A DNA stretch of 64,000 nucleotides from Candidatus Falkowbacteria bacterium (GTDB lineage Bacteria; Patescibacteriota; Patescibacteriia; Patescibacteriales; UBA12465): the NCBI GenBank assembly GCA_016432645.1, contig CP066698.1, forward strand, positions 197,062-261,061, given 5' to 3'. A program made the position numbers and the translations under genes. Below are positions 18,320 through 28,090 of this stretch, piece after piece. Below the pieces are notes generated by a model. The model made no database searches, was not told the DNA's origin, and saw nothing but the letters and a program-made list of their open reading frames with translations. The number at the start of each line of letters is the position of its first letter. Within the stretch, counting starts at the first letter, position 1.

Positions 18320-19081
18320 TTACTTTCTCAACACATTCCCAATATTGCCGTGTAAATCATGATTATGGGTCTGTTGATTCATTTCTTCCCTTTCCTCAAC
18401 AATATTGCGCGCAATATCCATCTCGTTAACTTTAACGTGTTTTTTATGACGGCCGCCGACAATATTCAAATCATTGCGTCTTTCTGGAAAGATATAGATA
18501 TAGAATAAAGAAATCAAGAAAGAAGCAACTAGCGCCAAAGCGGCGTTATAAGGAATATTTGGTTTAACCGGGTAAGCTGATACTAATGGTTGATCAATAA
18601 TATTCACTTTAATATTTTGGCCGCTGTGATAGTTCTGATTATTGTTCATTAAGATATCATTAATTGCCAAAGCAATCTGTTTAGCTTCCTGGGTACTGGT
18701 ATGATAAACATTAATTTCCACAATCCCAGTGTCGCCTTGAGTACTGGTTGAAATAGTTTCACGCCATTTTTTTAGCTGCTGGTTATAGTTACCGGCAAAA
18801 TAATCGCGGTTAATGCTATAAGATGAAGCAATAACTTGGTCATAGAAGGAGCTGGAATAAACCACTTGAGCGAATAAGTTGCCTAAGTATTCATTAGATT
18901 TAGAAAGCGAATAAGCATCAGCGCTGCCGGCGTTTTGTAGAACCAAGAGCCGAGATTTGACGCCATATTTAAGCGGGCTAAGCAAAGAAAGGCCGATTAC
19001 CAGAACCACAGCTACAAACATAATAGCTAAAATAGTTTGCTTTTTACGGCCGATTAGCTTTAAAAACTCGTTAAATTCCAT
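18320..19081 (-). CDS. Wzz/CpsC-like polysaccharide chain-length regulator
   Basis: Two TM helices, 'PLKYGVKSRLLV' and 'IIDQP....PVKPN'. Confidence 0.85.
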   Translation of the reverse strand: MEFNEFLKLIGRKKQTILAIMFVAVVLVIGLSLLSPLKYGVKSRLLVLQNAGSADAYSLSKSNEYLGNLFAQVVYSSSFYDQVIASSYSINRDYFAGNYNQQLKKWRETISTSTQGDTGIVEINVYHTSTQEAKQIALAINDILMNNNQNYHSGQNIKVNIIDQPLVSAYPVKPNIPYNAALALVASFLISLFYIYIFPERRNDLNIVGGRHKKHVKVNEMDIARNIVEEREEMNQQTHNHDLHGNIGNVLRK

Positions 19082-19125
19082 ATAGTTTTATAAATTTATT
19101 TATTTTACTTTATTATTGACTTTTC

Positions 19126-19215
19126 ACTATACTACAATTATTTTTATTTGTCAATAGCAATTTGCCAAACCCCCTGTTTTTAGGTATTGACAAATATAAA
19201 AATAAAATGTATAAT
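19126..19215. promoter_or_regulatory. Divergent sigma70-type promoters
   Basis: Minus strand TTGACA-17-TATAGT (19154-19126); plus strand TTGACA-17-TATAAT (19187-19215). Confidence 0.75.
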
Positions 19216-19255
19216 AACTTGATAAAAATTTTAATATTAAAATTAGTTAAAAAAT

Positions 19256-20533
19256 ATGAAAAAGTGGATTATGGCCGCGGTGACCATCACTACCGTTGCT
19301 GCCCTGTTTTTACTGGTTACTCCGGGAAAAACCAAAACCAAATCTTATTATTCTGGCGATGCCCTCGCCTTTAATAATCAAGTTTATGTCGCTACTACTA
19401 ATACTGGTAGCTTGGAGGTATTTAAGCTTGACGGCAAAACTTTAGGCCTAGTCGCCAAGTTAAAGCCTTACAATGCCCGTTTTAATAATTACGGCGAATT
19501 CTTTGATGCTAAATTAGTATCTGAAAGCAATCGCTTGTATGTCTATGCGGTTAGCAACTACACTATTTACAAATATGAAGTTGCTAATAATAAACTGACA
19601 GAAGTCCAAACCAACACCAACACTTACTGGGAATGGTATAATCGCATTGATAAATTCGGCGACAATATTGTAACTGTTAGCGCTAAGGGTATTAAAGTTT
19701 TCAATTCCAACTTGCAAACAATTGTTGCCTACGATTTTAAAAATCAAGAAGCCCCTTATAATTTAAGCGGTAACAATGATTTCTATTTGAATGTTGATGA
19801 GGCTAATAGCAAGATTGAAGTTTATAATGTTGAATCTCGTTCCATTATTAAAACCATTCCCTTAAATTTCAAGTTTGATAAAGGTAATCGCCGCGCTCTT
19901 TTAGACGCCAGCGATAATATTTATGTCGTTGATGATTACTACGCCAAGAAATTTGATTTATCCGGAAAATTATTGGCTAGTTATAAGCACTTAGATTATC
20001 AAGGATTTGATATTGCAGTTAGCAACCATACTGATAATGTTTATTTTTCTAATGGCGTCGGGGTTGTTAAACTTGATTCTAATCTAAAAGAAAAAGATTT
20101 TGCTTGGACCGGTAATTTAGGTGGCTATGCCGGCTGGGCGATGGGACTGAAGACAGTTTATGCTAATGGCGACAAAGTTGTTATCTTTAATAATTCTAAT
20201 ATTTTAGTATTAGATGCTAATTTAAATAAGATTGCTTCCGTCTCCGCCAGTGAACAAGAAAATACTGCTTATCCAACTGAGAATCTATTCTTAAAACTAG
20301 ATAAGAGTTCGGCAGCGGTTAATTCTGAAGTAGCGCTTTCCGGCGGTGGCTTCCTAGCCAACGAGGAATTAACCATTAAATTCGGTGATCAGAAAACAAT
20401 CGTTAAGGCTGACAGCCGCGGACGCTTCGCCACTATCATTAAAGTTCCGACTTTAATTAAGGGCGGACATGACATTAGGGTTGATGGCGCTTCTTCCACT
20501 CTCCATTACAGTATCTCCTTCCAAGTTCAATAA
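19256..20533 (+). CDS. Secreted beta-propeller-like protein with a C-terminal Ig-like domain
   Basis: N-terminal hydrophobic segment, repeated short strands (YVY.V, KVF, K.D..G) and 'ALSGGGF..NEEL.I.F...ADSRGRF'. Confidence 0.55.
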   Translation: MKKWIMAAVTITTVAALFLLVTPGKTKTKSYYSGDALAFNNQVYVATTNTGSLEVFKLDGKTLGLVAKLKPYNARFNNYGEFFDAKLVSESNRLYVYAVSNYTIYKYEVANNKLTEVQTNTNTYWEWYNRIDKFGDNIVTVSAKGIKVFNSNLQTIVAYDFKNQEAPYNLSGNNDFYLNVDEANSKIEVYNVESRSIIKTIPLNFKFDKGNRRALLDASDNIYVVDDYYAKKFDLSGKLLASYKHLDYQGFDIAVSNHTDNVYFSNGVGVVKLDSNLKEKDFAWTGNLGGYAGWAMGLKTVYANGDKVVIFNNSNILVLDANLNKIASVSASEQENTAYPTENLFLKLDKSSAAVNSEVALSGGGFLANEELTIKFGDQKTIVKADSRGRFATIIKVPTLIKGGHDIRVDGASSTLHYSISFQVQ

Positions 20534-20552
20534 ATTAAGCTTTACTTCATTT

Positions 20553-20584
20553 AAAAATACCCCTTACTCAGGGGTATTTTTTTT
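20553..20584. terminator. Bidirectional terminator overlapping the end of the GT4 gene
   Basis: AAAAATACCCC-TTACTCA-GGGGTATTTTT. Confidence 0.65.
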
Positions 20585-21799
20585 ATCTAAGATCTCTTGA
20601 TAGAGTTTGTTAACTTGCCGCAAATTCTCCGGCTCGTTAAAATTTTTAACGCTGGCTTGTGCCCGCTGGCTAATGGCGGCCAAGTCTAAAATATCTAAAT
20701 CATTTATTTTCCTAACCAAATCCTGGATATCGCCGGGAATAAATAATAAACCATTTTCGCCGTCCTTAATTATTTCCGGAATGCCGCCAATATTGGAAGC
20801 GATGACTACCTTACCTAAGTTTAAGGCTTCTAAAAGACTAAGGGGCATATTTTCATGCCAAATAGACGGAATAACCACCGTTCGGGCCTTTAGAATTATT
20901 TGTTTAAGCTCTTCCCCACTCTTAAACCCAAGAAATTCCAGATCAGCATTAATTTTTTTAGCGAGCGTGTCCAGCTCAATTTTTTGCGGTCCGTCGCCGA
21001 CAAATTTCAATTTCGTGCCAGTTAGCGCCGCTGCTTCAATTAAAGTCTTGAGCCCCTTTTCTTCAGACAAGCGGCCAAAATATAATAGATATTTTTCTAA
21101 ACTAGGAGTAATCTCTTTTGAAGATAAACTCATTTGCGCATCAAAAGGATTAACAATAACTTTAATTTTATCTGCCGGCCAGCCCCATTCCACTAGCTTA
21201 GACTTCATAAAGGTGCTGGGGGTAATGAACGCGCTAATATTGCGTTCGTATATTTTAAGGACGGAATGGTGCAAATACATTTCTAGGGCTGCCAAGAAAC
21301 TCTTGGAACGCGAATCCTTAAAGCATTTTTTTTGTACGCATTTATAATATTTATGAGGCTTGCAGGCTTCACAAATTTCACCGTGCGCAAACAACTGATA
21401 ATTTGGACAAATTAATTTATAATCATGGACGTGCATTACTACGGGAATCCCGGCCTTTTTAGCCACATCTAAAATTGACGGCGATATTTGATGATAAATA
21501 TTATGGATATGGATAATATCTGGTTTAAAATCAACGACTAATTTTTTAAATTTTCGCTTGGCCTCTAAGCTATAAATCATCCGGCCCGGTGTTTTTAGCT
21601 TATCTTTAAAACCGCCCTCATTAAAACTTAAGCGAGAAACAAAATATTTAGCATAAGGAGTTGCCTCGTTTTTTGGATGCCGCATTGAAAAATAGGCGAC
21701 TTCATTTCCGGACGCCTCCAAGGCTCTGCCTAAGGACAAATAATACTTATCGGCCCCGCCGCGAGCATAATGGAATTTGTTAACCTGCAAAATGCGCAT
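20564..21799 (-). CDS. GT4 glycosyltransferase
   Basis: MRILQVNKF...GGA, HIHNIYHQISPS, HDYKLICP and ENMPLSLLEA. Confidence 0.92.
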   Translation of the reverse strand: MRILQVNKFHYARGGADKYYLSLGRALEASGNEVAYFSMRHPKNEATPYAKYFVSRLSFNEGGFKDKLKTPGRMIYSLEAKRKFKKLVVDFKPDIIHIHNIYHQISPSILDVAKKAGIPVVMHVHDYKLICPNYQLFAHGEICEACKPHKYYKCVQKKCFKDSRSKSFLAALEMYLHHSVLKIYERNISAFITPSTFMKSKLVEWGWPADKIKVIVNPFDAQMSLSSKEITPSLEKYLLYFGRLSEEKGLKTLIEAAALTGTKLKFVGDGPQKIELDTLAKKINADLEFLGFKSGEELKQIILKARTVVIPSIWHENMPLSLLEALNLGKVVIASNIGGIPEIIKDGENGLLFIPGDIQDLVRKINDLDILDLAAISQRAQASVKNFNEPENLRQVNKLYQEILDKKNTPE

Positions 21800-21805
21800 A
21801 GCTTA

Positions 21806-22939
21806 TTATTGTTTATTTATTTTAACTGCCAATAACTCCTCATACCAATCGGCATATTTGGCTACCATCTTAGCTAAAGAAAATTTCTCTCTAACTAATT
21901 GATTGACGGCTGCAACTTTCCGGGCGGTTTCTGGCGCCTGTAAATTATTGATTAAAAAATCTATCTTTTGCGCTAAAATGTCATCATCACCCGCTGGGAA
22001 CAACCAGGCATTTTCTTCGTTCAAGATTTCTAAAATACCGCCGGTAGCGCTGGCGATAATTGGTTTTTCACTCGCCCCGGCTTCTAAAATCACTAAACCT
22101 AGGCCTTCCCATAGCGAAGGCAAAACAAAGATATCAATTTGACTTAAAAAATTACGGGCGTTAACCGGGCCAATCAGTTTAACTCGATTAATTAATTCTA
22201 AATCTTTAATTCTTTTTTTAAGTTCTCCCGCCATTTCTCCAACACCGGCAATTTCAATTAAATAATTTTTATTCTTTGTTTTAGCGGCCGCCTCAATTAA
22301 GCTCATAAAGCCTTTCTGCTGGCTCAAGCGGCCGATGGCGCCTATGATTACCTTTTCGCCATCAGTTCGCCCAGGCAGCCAATCTGAGACCTGAGAGGGG
22401 TCAAAATGATAGCTATCAATGCCGTTATAAACTACTGTTATTTTTTCCGGTTTTAAATGGTAGCGGCTAATGGCGTCTTCACGGACCGCATTGCTAACCG
22501 CAAAAATTTTATTAACGCTTTTGAGATTTATTTTTTTGACCAGTTCTGCGCTTTTTTTGGCGCTTTGGTTAATATTGTGTTCCGTGGAAACAATCACGGG
22601 TACTTTTTGCAGCTTGCCGGCTAAGATGCCGTAGATGTCACCGCCAAGGTGAGTGTGAATAACATCCGGTTTTAATTTAGCTACCGCTCTGATTATCAAG
22701 GCAATATTTAGCGGGTCAATTAATAAGCGTTTATGCAGAGAAATTATTGGCACGCCAGCAGCTGCCAGTTCGGCTTTAAGCTCCTCACCCTGCTTATTAT
22801 CCTTAAATAACAATAATGCCGGAACAAAACGTTCCCGGTCAAGATTTTTTAAAATATCAACCGCCACTCTTTCCGCGCCACCGCGGCTAAGATTGGGTAG
22901 GATGTGTAGGACGCTTATTTTTTTTGTCATAAAGTTCAT
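21806..22939 (-). CDS. GT4 glycosyltransferase
   Basis: GGAER, TEHN, YNGID and PSLWEGLGLVILEA. Confidence 0.92.
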   Translation of the reverse strand: MNFMTKKISVLHILPNLSRGGAERVAVDILKNLDRERFVPALLLFKDNKQGEELKAELAAAGVPIISLHKRLLIDPLNIALIIRAVAKLKPDVIHTHLGGDIYGILAGKLQKVPVIVSTEHNINQSAKKSAELVKKINLKSVNKIFAVSNAVREDAISRYHLKPEKITVVYNGIDSYHFDPSQVSDWLPGRTDGEKVIIGAIGRLSQQKGFMSLIEAAAKTKNKNYLIEIAGVGEMAGELKKRIKDLELINRVKLIGPVNARNFLSQIDIFVLPSLWEGLGLVILEAGASEKPIIASATGGILEILNEENAWLFPAGDDDILAQKIDFLINNLQAPETARKVAAVNQLVREKFSLAKMVAKYADWYEELLAVKINKQ

Positions 22940-24188
22940 CAGAGAACTTGATTGCCATTAAAAACAGGACAATCGGCAGCCAAACGCGGCCCTTAAAATA
23001 TGAGGTGTTAAAAAATTGGAAAAACAAGCCGCCGCCGGCCGCCAAGGAAAAAGGTAATATCCATTTTAATTGTGGATAATATTTTCTTAAAGCCAAAAAA
23101 GCAGTGCGAGCCAGATAAAATAATAAAAATAACCAAGCACCTAAGCCAATTAGACCGTTTTCAGCTAAAAGTTTTTGCAACATGCCGTGAGAATCAAGCG
23201 GTTCGCCATATTTGGCCCGGAATCTAATATTCTCGCCAACTAAATTAACGAATTCCCCGTTTCCATAACCGATAAATGGTCGCTCTTTAAAGGCCTGGAG
23301 GGAGATTTCGGTAAGCAATACGCGATTTTCCGTAGAGCTGGTATTATTCTCTTGTAAAACACTCATCTTCCATAGCAGGGGTGAAATAACAACCAAGGCG
23401 GCAATCGAAAAAATAAACATTGCCAGGCGCTCTTTTTTATTATTTTGGGTGCGATAGAAGAAATAAATTAGAGATTGCAAGAATAAGGTTATCCAGCCGG
23501 CACGGGAAAAAGTCATAATAATGCCAACGGCAGTAAGCGCAAAAATAATATCGGTCAAGCGCTTCCCGCGTGGCGATTTAATAAATTCTCTAAAAATTAA
23601 AACAAAGAAAGCGCCAATATTTAAATACTCAGCAATTAAATTATGATTTTCGCCAAACGGGAAAATACCACCGATATTAAGAGACTTTAGCCGGAAGAAA
23701 TTATCCTGCCAATCCTGTCCGTAAAGCGAGGCATATCCGGTTAATAAAACCGCCATCGCGCTTAGAAAAACGATAATGACCGTGGTTTTTAAAATGCGGG
23801 GCGTCTTGATAATGTTGGCGGGGGTAAAAATATAAGCGAAATATAAAAAGAAAGGCCAGCGTAAAAAATAGTACAAACTGGTTTCCGGATTTTTAGAAAA
23901 CGCAATTGATAAAATACTGGCTACAAAAAATAAGAAAAACGGAAAAAACAGCGGCCAGCGGAGTTCTACTTTTTGCTTAGAGAACAAAGCATCAATCGTC
24001 AACCTTGTTAAAAAGGCGGCTAATGACAATAGTGCCGCTAAATCGCCCGCTGGAATTACAAAACTGGTAAAAGTAAAATTCCAGCCGATTAAAGGCAGGC
24101 TGGCGGCACTTAAATAAAGGCCATACTTAGGCTGGACTACAAACAGCCCAAAAAGCCCTAAAACGGCAATGATTACAAATAAATCCAT
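22887..24188 (-). CDS. O-antigen ligase/polymerase (Wzy_C) family membrane protein
   Basis: Multiple TM helices, TFSRAGW, PFIGYG.G.F and SH motif. Start moved to MDLF at 24188. Confidence 0.85.
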   Translation of the reverse strand: MDLFVIIAVLGLFGLFVVQPKYGLYLSAASLPLIGWNFTFTSFVIPAGDLAALLSLAAFLTRLTIDALFSKQKVELRWPLFFPFFLFFVASILSIAFSKNPETSLYYFLRWPFFLYFAYIFTPANIIKTPRILKTTVIIVFLSAMAVLLTGYASLYGQDWQDNFFRLKSLNIGGIFPFGENHNLIAEYLNIGAFFVLIFREFIKSPRGKRLTDIIFALTAVGIIMTFSRAGWITLFLQSLIYFFYRTQNNKKERLAMFIFSIAALVVISPLLWKMSVLQENNTSSTENRVLLTEISLQAFKERPFIGYGNGEFVNLVGENIRFRAKYGEPLDSHGMLQKLLAENGLIGLGAWLFLLFYLARTAFLALRKYYPQLKWILPFSLAAGGGLFFQFFNTSYFKGRVWLPIVLFLMAIKFSDELYDKKNKRPTHPTQS

Positions 24189-24272
24189 AGCATTTAAATG
24201 ATAACAGACAAATAAAAATAAAAAAAGGCCATGTCTTTTGAACATGGCCCGGAGCTCATTTTTGAGCGTTTC

Positions 24273-25505
24273 TTATTTTTTGGTGATTTTACCAACTTGT
24301 TTTAAAGGGTCAACCATAACGCTGACCTTTTCGTATTCCCGGTAGTAAATACCGTTCTTGTTTTCATAGCGGCCTAATGGTCGGCCAGTTTCAATTTCCA
24401 GTTCCGGGAAAATTCCGGAATCATCTTGGCTGATAGCTAGATAGACGTTGTCCAGTAAAAGCGTGGTTGCTAACACGAAATTAACATTTGAACGATTGCC
24501 TTGAAAAACTGTGTAAGGCCCCATTTTCTTAGCGTTTTCAAAACACTGTCGCCAGCCGTTAGCCCATTTTTCTCCTAAATAATCATTAGGAAAATTTTCA
24601 AACCATTTGCCGGAAGTAATGTTCAGAAAGTCCAAACTGCCTTTGTTGGTAATAATGATGAATTGCGCCGGTTTGGCTTTTTTGATTTGGAGGATGAAAT
24701 TAGTCATTCCCTCTTTCCAGTTTTTATCAACCAGCGCGTCGTTGTCAGCCTCTTGATTGCCGTCAATGTCAATTTGCCCTGGATGCGTCCAAGAAATATT
24801 GCCGGTTCCATTATCTTGGAAATAACCATCCCAGATTGGATCATTTAGAACTTCTCGGTTCAGTTTTTGAGCCATCCACTCTTCATAATTTTGCCCGTCA
24901 ATTCGAGGGCAAGTTGCAGACATGTTAAGCATCAACATACCGCTCCAGAATTTAGCATAATCCTCTTTCCTGTCAGGGTCACCCATGATTTTAGCCACCC
25001 AAGTGGCAATGAAGCCTTCATAATTAATCGGCGCAATTGTTTTTAAGAGCCAAGCGGTACGCGTGGTAACAATTTCATCAATGATACGATTTTGCCAAGG
25101 ACGGTCGCCATACTTAATAAGATGGATTTCCATCGGATTAGAATAAGCCAGGAGCTTCAATTTCGGATTCATCTCTTTTAGAGCTTGTAAGACTTGATAG
25201 TTATTGAACTTATTTTCTAAGTCCACAATTAAAAAGTCGTGGCGAGCCAAACTTTGAGCTTCGCTTAAACTAAGCGTGGGCTTCGTCCAATAAGCGGTAC
25301 TCTTGACCGGATAAGGGCTTACTTGTCCGCGCGTTTGCCCGGTTAGAGCAAAAGAGGATAAAAGAAAAAAGGCTAAAAAAATAAACAAAAGCGTTATTTT
25401 TTTAACTTTTAACTTTTTGAGAGAGCTGCGGGCGTCATCAATTAAAACTGAAACGCCAAATAGGATAATAATTATTATCCAATCGAAATTACTGAGCTTT
25501 TTCAT
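24273..25505 (-). CDS. Putative glycoside hydrolase; paralog of the N-domain of 1085-3112
   Basis: LSLSEAQSLARHD..., NPKLKLLAY, WDGYFQDN and ENFP. Start set downstream of the promoter at 25545-25573. Confidence 0.65.
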   Translation of the reverse strand: MKKLSNFDWIIIIILFGVSVLIDDARSSLKKLKVKKITLLFIFLAFFLLSSFALTGQTRGQVSPYPVKSTAYWTKPTLSLSEAQSLARHDFLIVDLENKFNNYQVLQALKEMNPKLKLLAYSNPMEIHLIKYGDRPWQNRIIDEIVTTRTAWLLKTIAPINYEGFIATWVAKIMGDPDRKEDYAKFWSGMLMLNMSATCPRIDGQNYEEWMAQKLNREVLNDPIWDGYFQDNGTGNISWTHPGQIDIDGNQEADNDALVDKNWKEGMTNFILQIKKAKPAQFIIITNKGSLDFLNITSGKWFENFPNDYLGEKWANGWRQCFENAKKMGPYTVFQGNRSNVNFVLATTLLLDNVYLAISQDDSGIFPELEIETGRPLGRYENKNGIYYREYEKVSVMVDPLKQVGKITKK

Positions 25506-25544
25506 CTTTATAATTGTTTTTGTTAATGTTCTATTGAATAAAAC

Positions 25545-25573
25545 ATTATACAATTATAAACAGAAATTGTCAA
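25545..25573 (-). promoter_or_regulatory. sigma70-type promoter
   Basis: TTGACA-17-TATAAT. Confidence 0.7.
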
Positions 25574-25576
25574 TAT

Positions 25577-27436
25577 TTATGGAATAATTGTGAGGTCTTT
25601 ATCTAGACTAGGTGTATAAACTTCCCCGTTAATATTAGCTTTAAAAGATTCGGTGCGCCGACCGGCCTGTTTTTGAACGAATAATTGATAGGTCCTGGCT
25701 TTTAGATCAGAACTGATATTGCTTGGCAGACTGTATTCTAAGTTAATCACCCCAGCTGTCCCCGGCTCTACTGAAAAGAAGAAACCAAAAACAGTCTTCT
25801 GTAAATCACTGTCATCGCTGCTGGAAATTGATTCCTGGTCTAATTTGGTATTAACATCACCTTTTAGGCTAATCAATTTACTGCCGAGTGGTACCAGGAC
25901 GCGGGTATAGCTGCGGTACCTGGTAGTCCGCCAATCAAAACCGCCTTCATGGCGATAGCTAAGGCTTAAATTGGCATCTGCCGTACCGCCATTATTTTTT
26001 AAATTATAAGTAATTCCCTTCTTGACTACCGAATCACTTTTAAAGGCTCCAAGATTAGCATCTACCACCATCAAATAATCGCTAGTAGTTTTCTTAATTG
26101 CGCCGTCCGCTCCTAAATCATAAACCAGGGATTCGGAGCCGGAATCGTTAAAATAAATTTGAACATTCTTATTCTGAATATTAGCTGTAAAAATATTAGC
26201 CAGTGAGCCAAGCTTATTCGTTTCTAAAGATAACAAGCGAGTTTTTAGCTCATCTAAAAGTTCGTTAATCACCGCTTTTCTATCCCAAGAAGAAATGTCC
26301 TGCTCTTTATAAGCGACTTCCACATTATATTGCAGCAGGGTTTGTAAATTTTCCGGAGTATAAGTTTCGCCCTTAACAGTAATTGGTCCGACTAGCCGTA
26401 ATAAATCAGATACAAAATCCGGAGTAATGCCAATCACGCCGTTAATTGCCGGGACATCTAAGCCGACGGCTCGGCTTTCACCGATAAATATTTCTTGAAT
26501 TTTTTTAGAAGCTGTCGGCCAGTCAGGCGACCAATTAGAATCCCGCAAATACCAATTCTCCACCCCCATGTATTTACTGACTGGCACCGGCGGCGTCATT
26601 TTCCACTTACCGACAGCTGGCATGTCTAGATGGTAACTGTCATCAGTTTTTAAGTCAGCAATATTGCCATTTTTAGTTTTCAAAAAGCCAAAAACACCGA
26701 TGAAGCCGCCGCTCGGGCGCAGCTCATCATTATTATGCATAATAATCAAAAAATTGCTTTCTTGAGGATAACCGGCTAAAGCCGGTAATAATTTAAGGAG
26801 GGGGTTAGCTTCTTCGATTAGATTCTTAGCTTGGGTAAGTTCAAATTTTAAATCACTTAACTTCCCATAAATAGGCCACAGAACACCAATTTTATGAATC
26901 TTATTGAGGTTAATCAAGGCTAAATCCAAATTAGCCCGCAAACCATTAAGTTCCGGTTCCGACTCTTTGATTAATTTAAAAAAATCTGCCTTTTTCTGTT
27001 CATTTAAACTGGAAAAGTTATAACCGCTAGAATCGGCGTACAGATTGGAAAATTTTTCGGCAATCGGAACGGCACCGATTAAAGAACGGCTGATAATATC
27101 GGCGGTTTTAAGGAGATATTCTAAATCATTAATCTGATTCCGCAAGAGGACAATTTGGTTGAATGCTTGCTTATTCCTGACTTTTTCTAGCTCTAATAAA
27201 GCTGAGTTAATCTCCATACTAGCGCTTTCGGCTTTATTTTGCGCTTCCGGCCAATTTTTATTTTGCACGGCAACCGCCGCCGCTTCTAAACTAGATTTAG
27301 CGCTTAGACCGCTGGCAGCCGCTGATTTTAACTCTTTAAAAGAGGAAACGATGATAATTATTAAAGCGATAAGCGCCAAAACTCCGGCGATTACCAGATA
27401 TTTTATAAGTTTAAGGGAAAGACTCGCAATTTTCAT
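25577..27436 (-). CDS. DUF4012 domain protein
   Basis: NNDELRPSGGFIG, RDSNWSPDWP, NLGAFKSD, YTRVLVPLGS and KQAG. Confidence 0.88.
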   Translation of the reverse strand: MKIASLSLKLIKYLVIAGVLALIALIIIIVSSFKELKSAAASGLSAKSSLEAAAVAVQNKNWPEAQNKAESASMEINSALLELEKVRNKQAFNQIVLLRNQINDLEYLLKTADIISRSLIGAVPIAEKFSNLYADSSGYNFSSLNEQKKADFFKLIKESEPELNGLRANLDLALINLNKIHKIGVLWPIYGKLSDLKFELTQAKNLIEEANPLLKLLPALAGYPQESNFLIIMHNNDELRPSGGFIGVFGFLKTKNGNIADLKTDDSYHLDMPAVGKWKMTPPVPVSKYMGVENWYLRDSNWSPDWPTASKKIQEIFIGESRAVGLDVPAINGVIGITPDFVSDLLRLVGPITVKGETYTPENLQTLLQYNVEVAYKEQDISSWDRKAVINELLDELKTRLLSLETNKLGSLANIFTANIQNKNVQIYFNDSGSESLVYDLGADGAIKKTTSDYLMVVDANLGAFKSDSVVKKGITYNLKNNGGTADANLSLSYRHEGGFDWRTTRYRSYTRVLVPLGSKLISLKGDVNTKLDQESISSSDDSDLQKTVFGFFFSVEPGTAGVINLEYSLPSNISSDLKARTYQLFVQKQAGRRTESFKANINGEVYTPSLDKDLTIIP

Positions 27437-27446
27437 AATCTTGAGT

Positions 27447-28004
27447 TTATTTTTTTAGGGCCGTTAAATTATCAATTAAAACAATGTTTTTCCCAGAAAG
27501 CGCGTTGTATAAAAAAATGTCCATTACTTCCTGGCGATAAAAAAATTCCGCTTCGTCCATAATAGTATAATTTATTTCTCGCCCCAAATCGCCCTGCAGG
27601 ACATTAATCAGATTCAAAAAAGGCTTGCGTTTTATCTTGCCGACAATAATAATATCGGTTTTAGCTTCTTCATCGCTGGTAAAAACTCCGCTTAAAGCTA
27701 GATATTTCAAATCAGAAATTTTTTTTAGGCCATCAATGAATTTTTGGCTGGAAAGTATTTGGGCTTTCATAAGCAAAGCTTTTATTTCTGAAAAAATGAT
27801 AAAGTTTTTATTAACCCACCAAGCGTCGTCCTCATTTTTTAACAGCCCGAATTCAGTCAAGGCACTCAGTTCTTTGCGCGCCGAAGCAGCCGAAAGACCG
27901 AGCTCCTTGCTTAACTCGCGCAGCTTATATTTTTTTTCTGGGTCAAATACCAGCAGATTAAGAATCTTGGCCTTGCTTTCTGACCCGAATAGAGAGCTTA
28001 ACAT
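27447..28004 (-). CDS. Winged-HTH plus nucleotidyltransferase-like protein
   Basis: LFGS..AKIL...LRELSKE...RKEL..L..FGLL, followed by D.IIVG and GREINY. Confidence 0.7.
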   Translation of the reverse strand: MLSSLFGSESKAKILNLLVFDPEKKYKLRELSKELGLSAASARKELSALTEFGLLKNEDDAWWVNKNFIIFSEIKALLMKAQILSSQKFIDGLKKISDLKYLALSGVFTSDEEAKTDIIIVGKIKRKPFLNLINVLQGDLGREINYTIMDEAEFFYRQEVMDIFLYNALSGKNIVLIDNLTALKK

Positions 28005-28090
28005 ATTTTGTTATTTATAAATTTATAGTATAATATATATCATAAACAGTCAAACGAAAATTAAACTCGCTCTGGCTTCTTATTTCGCTT

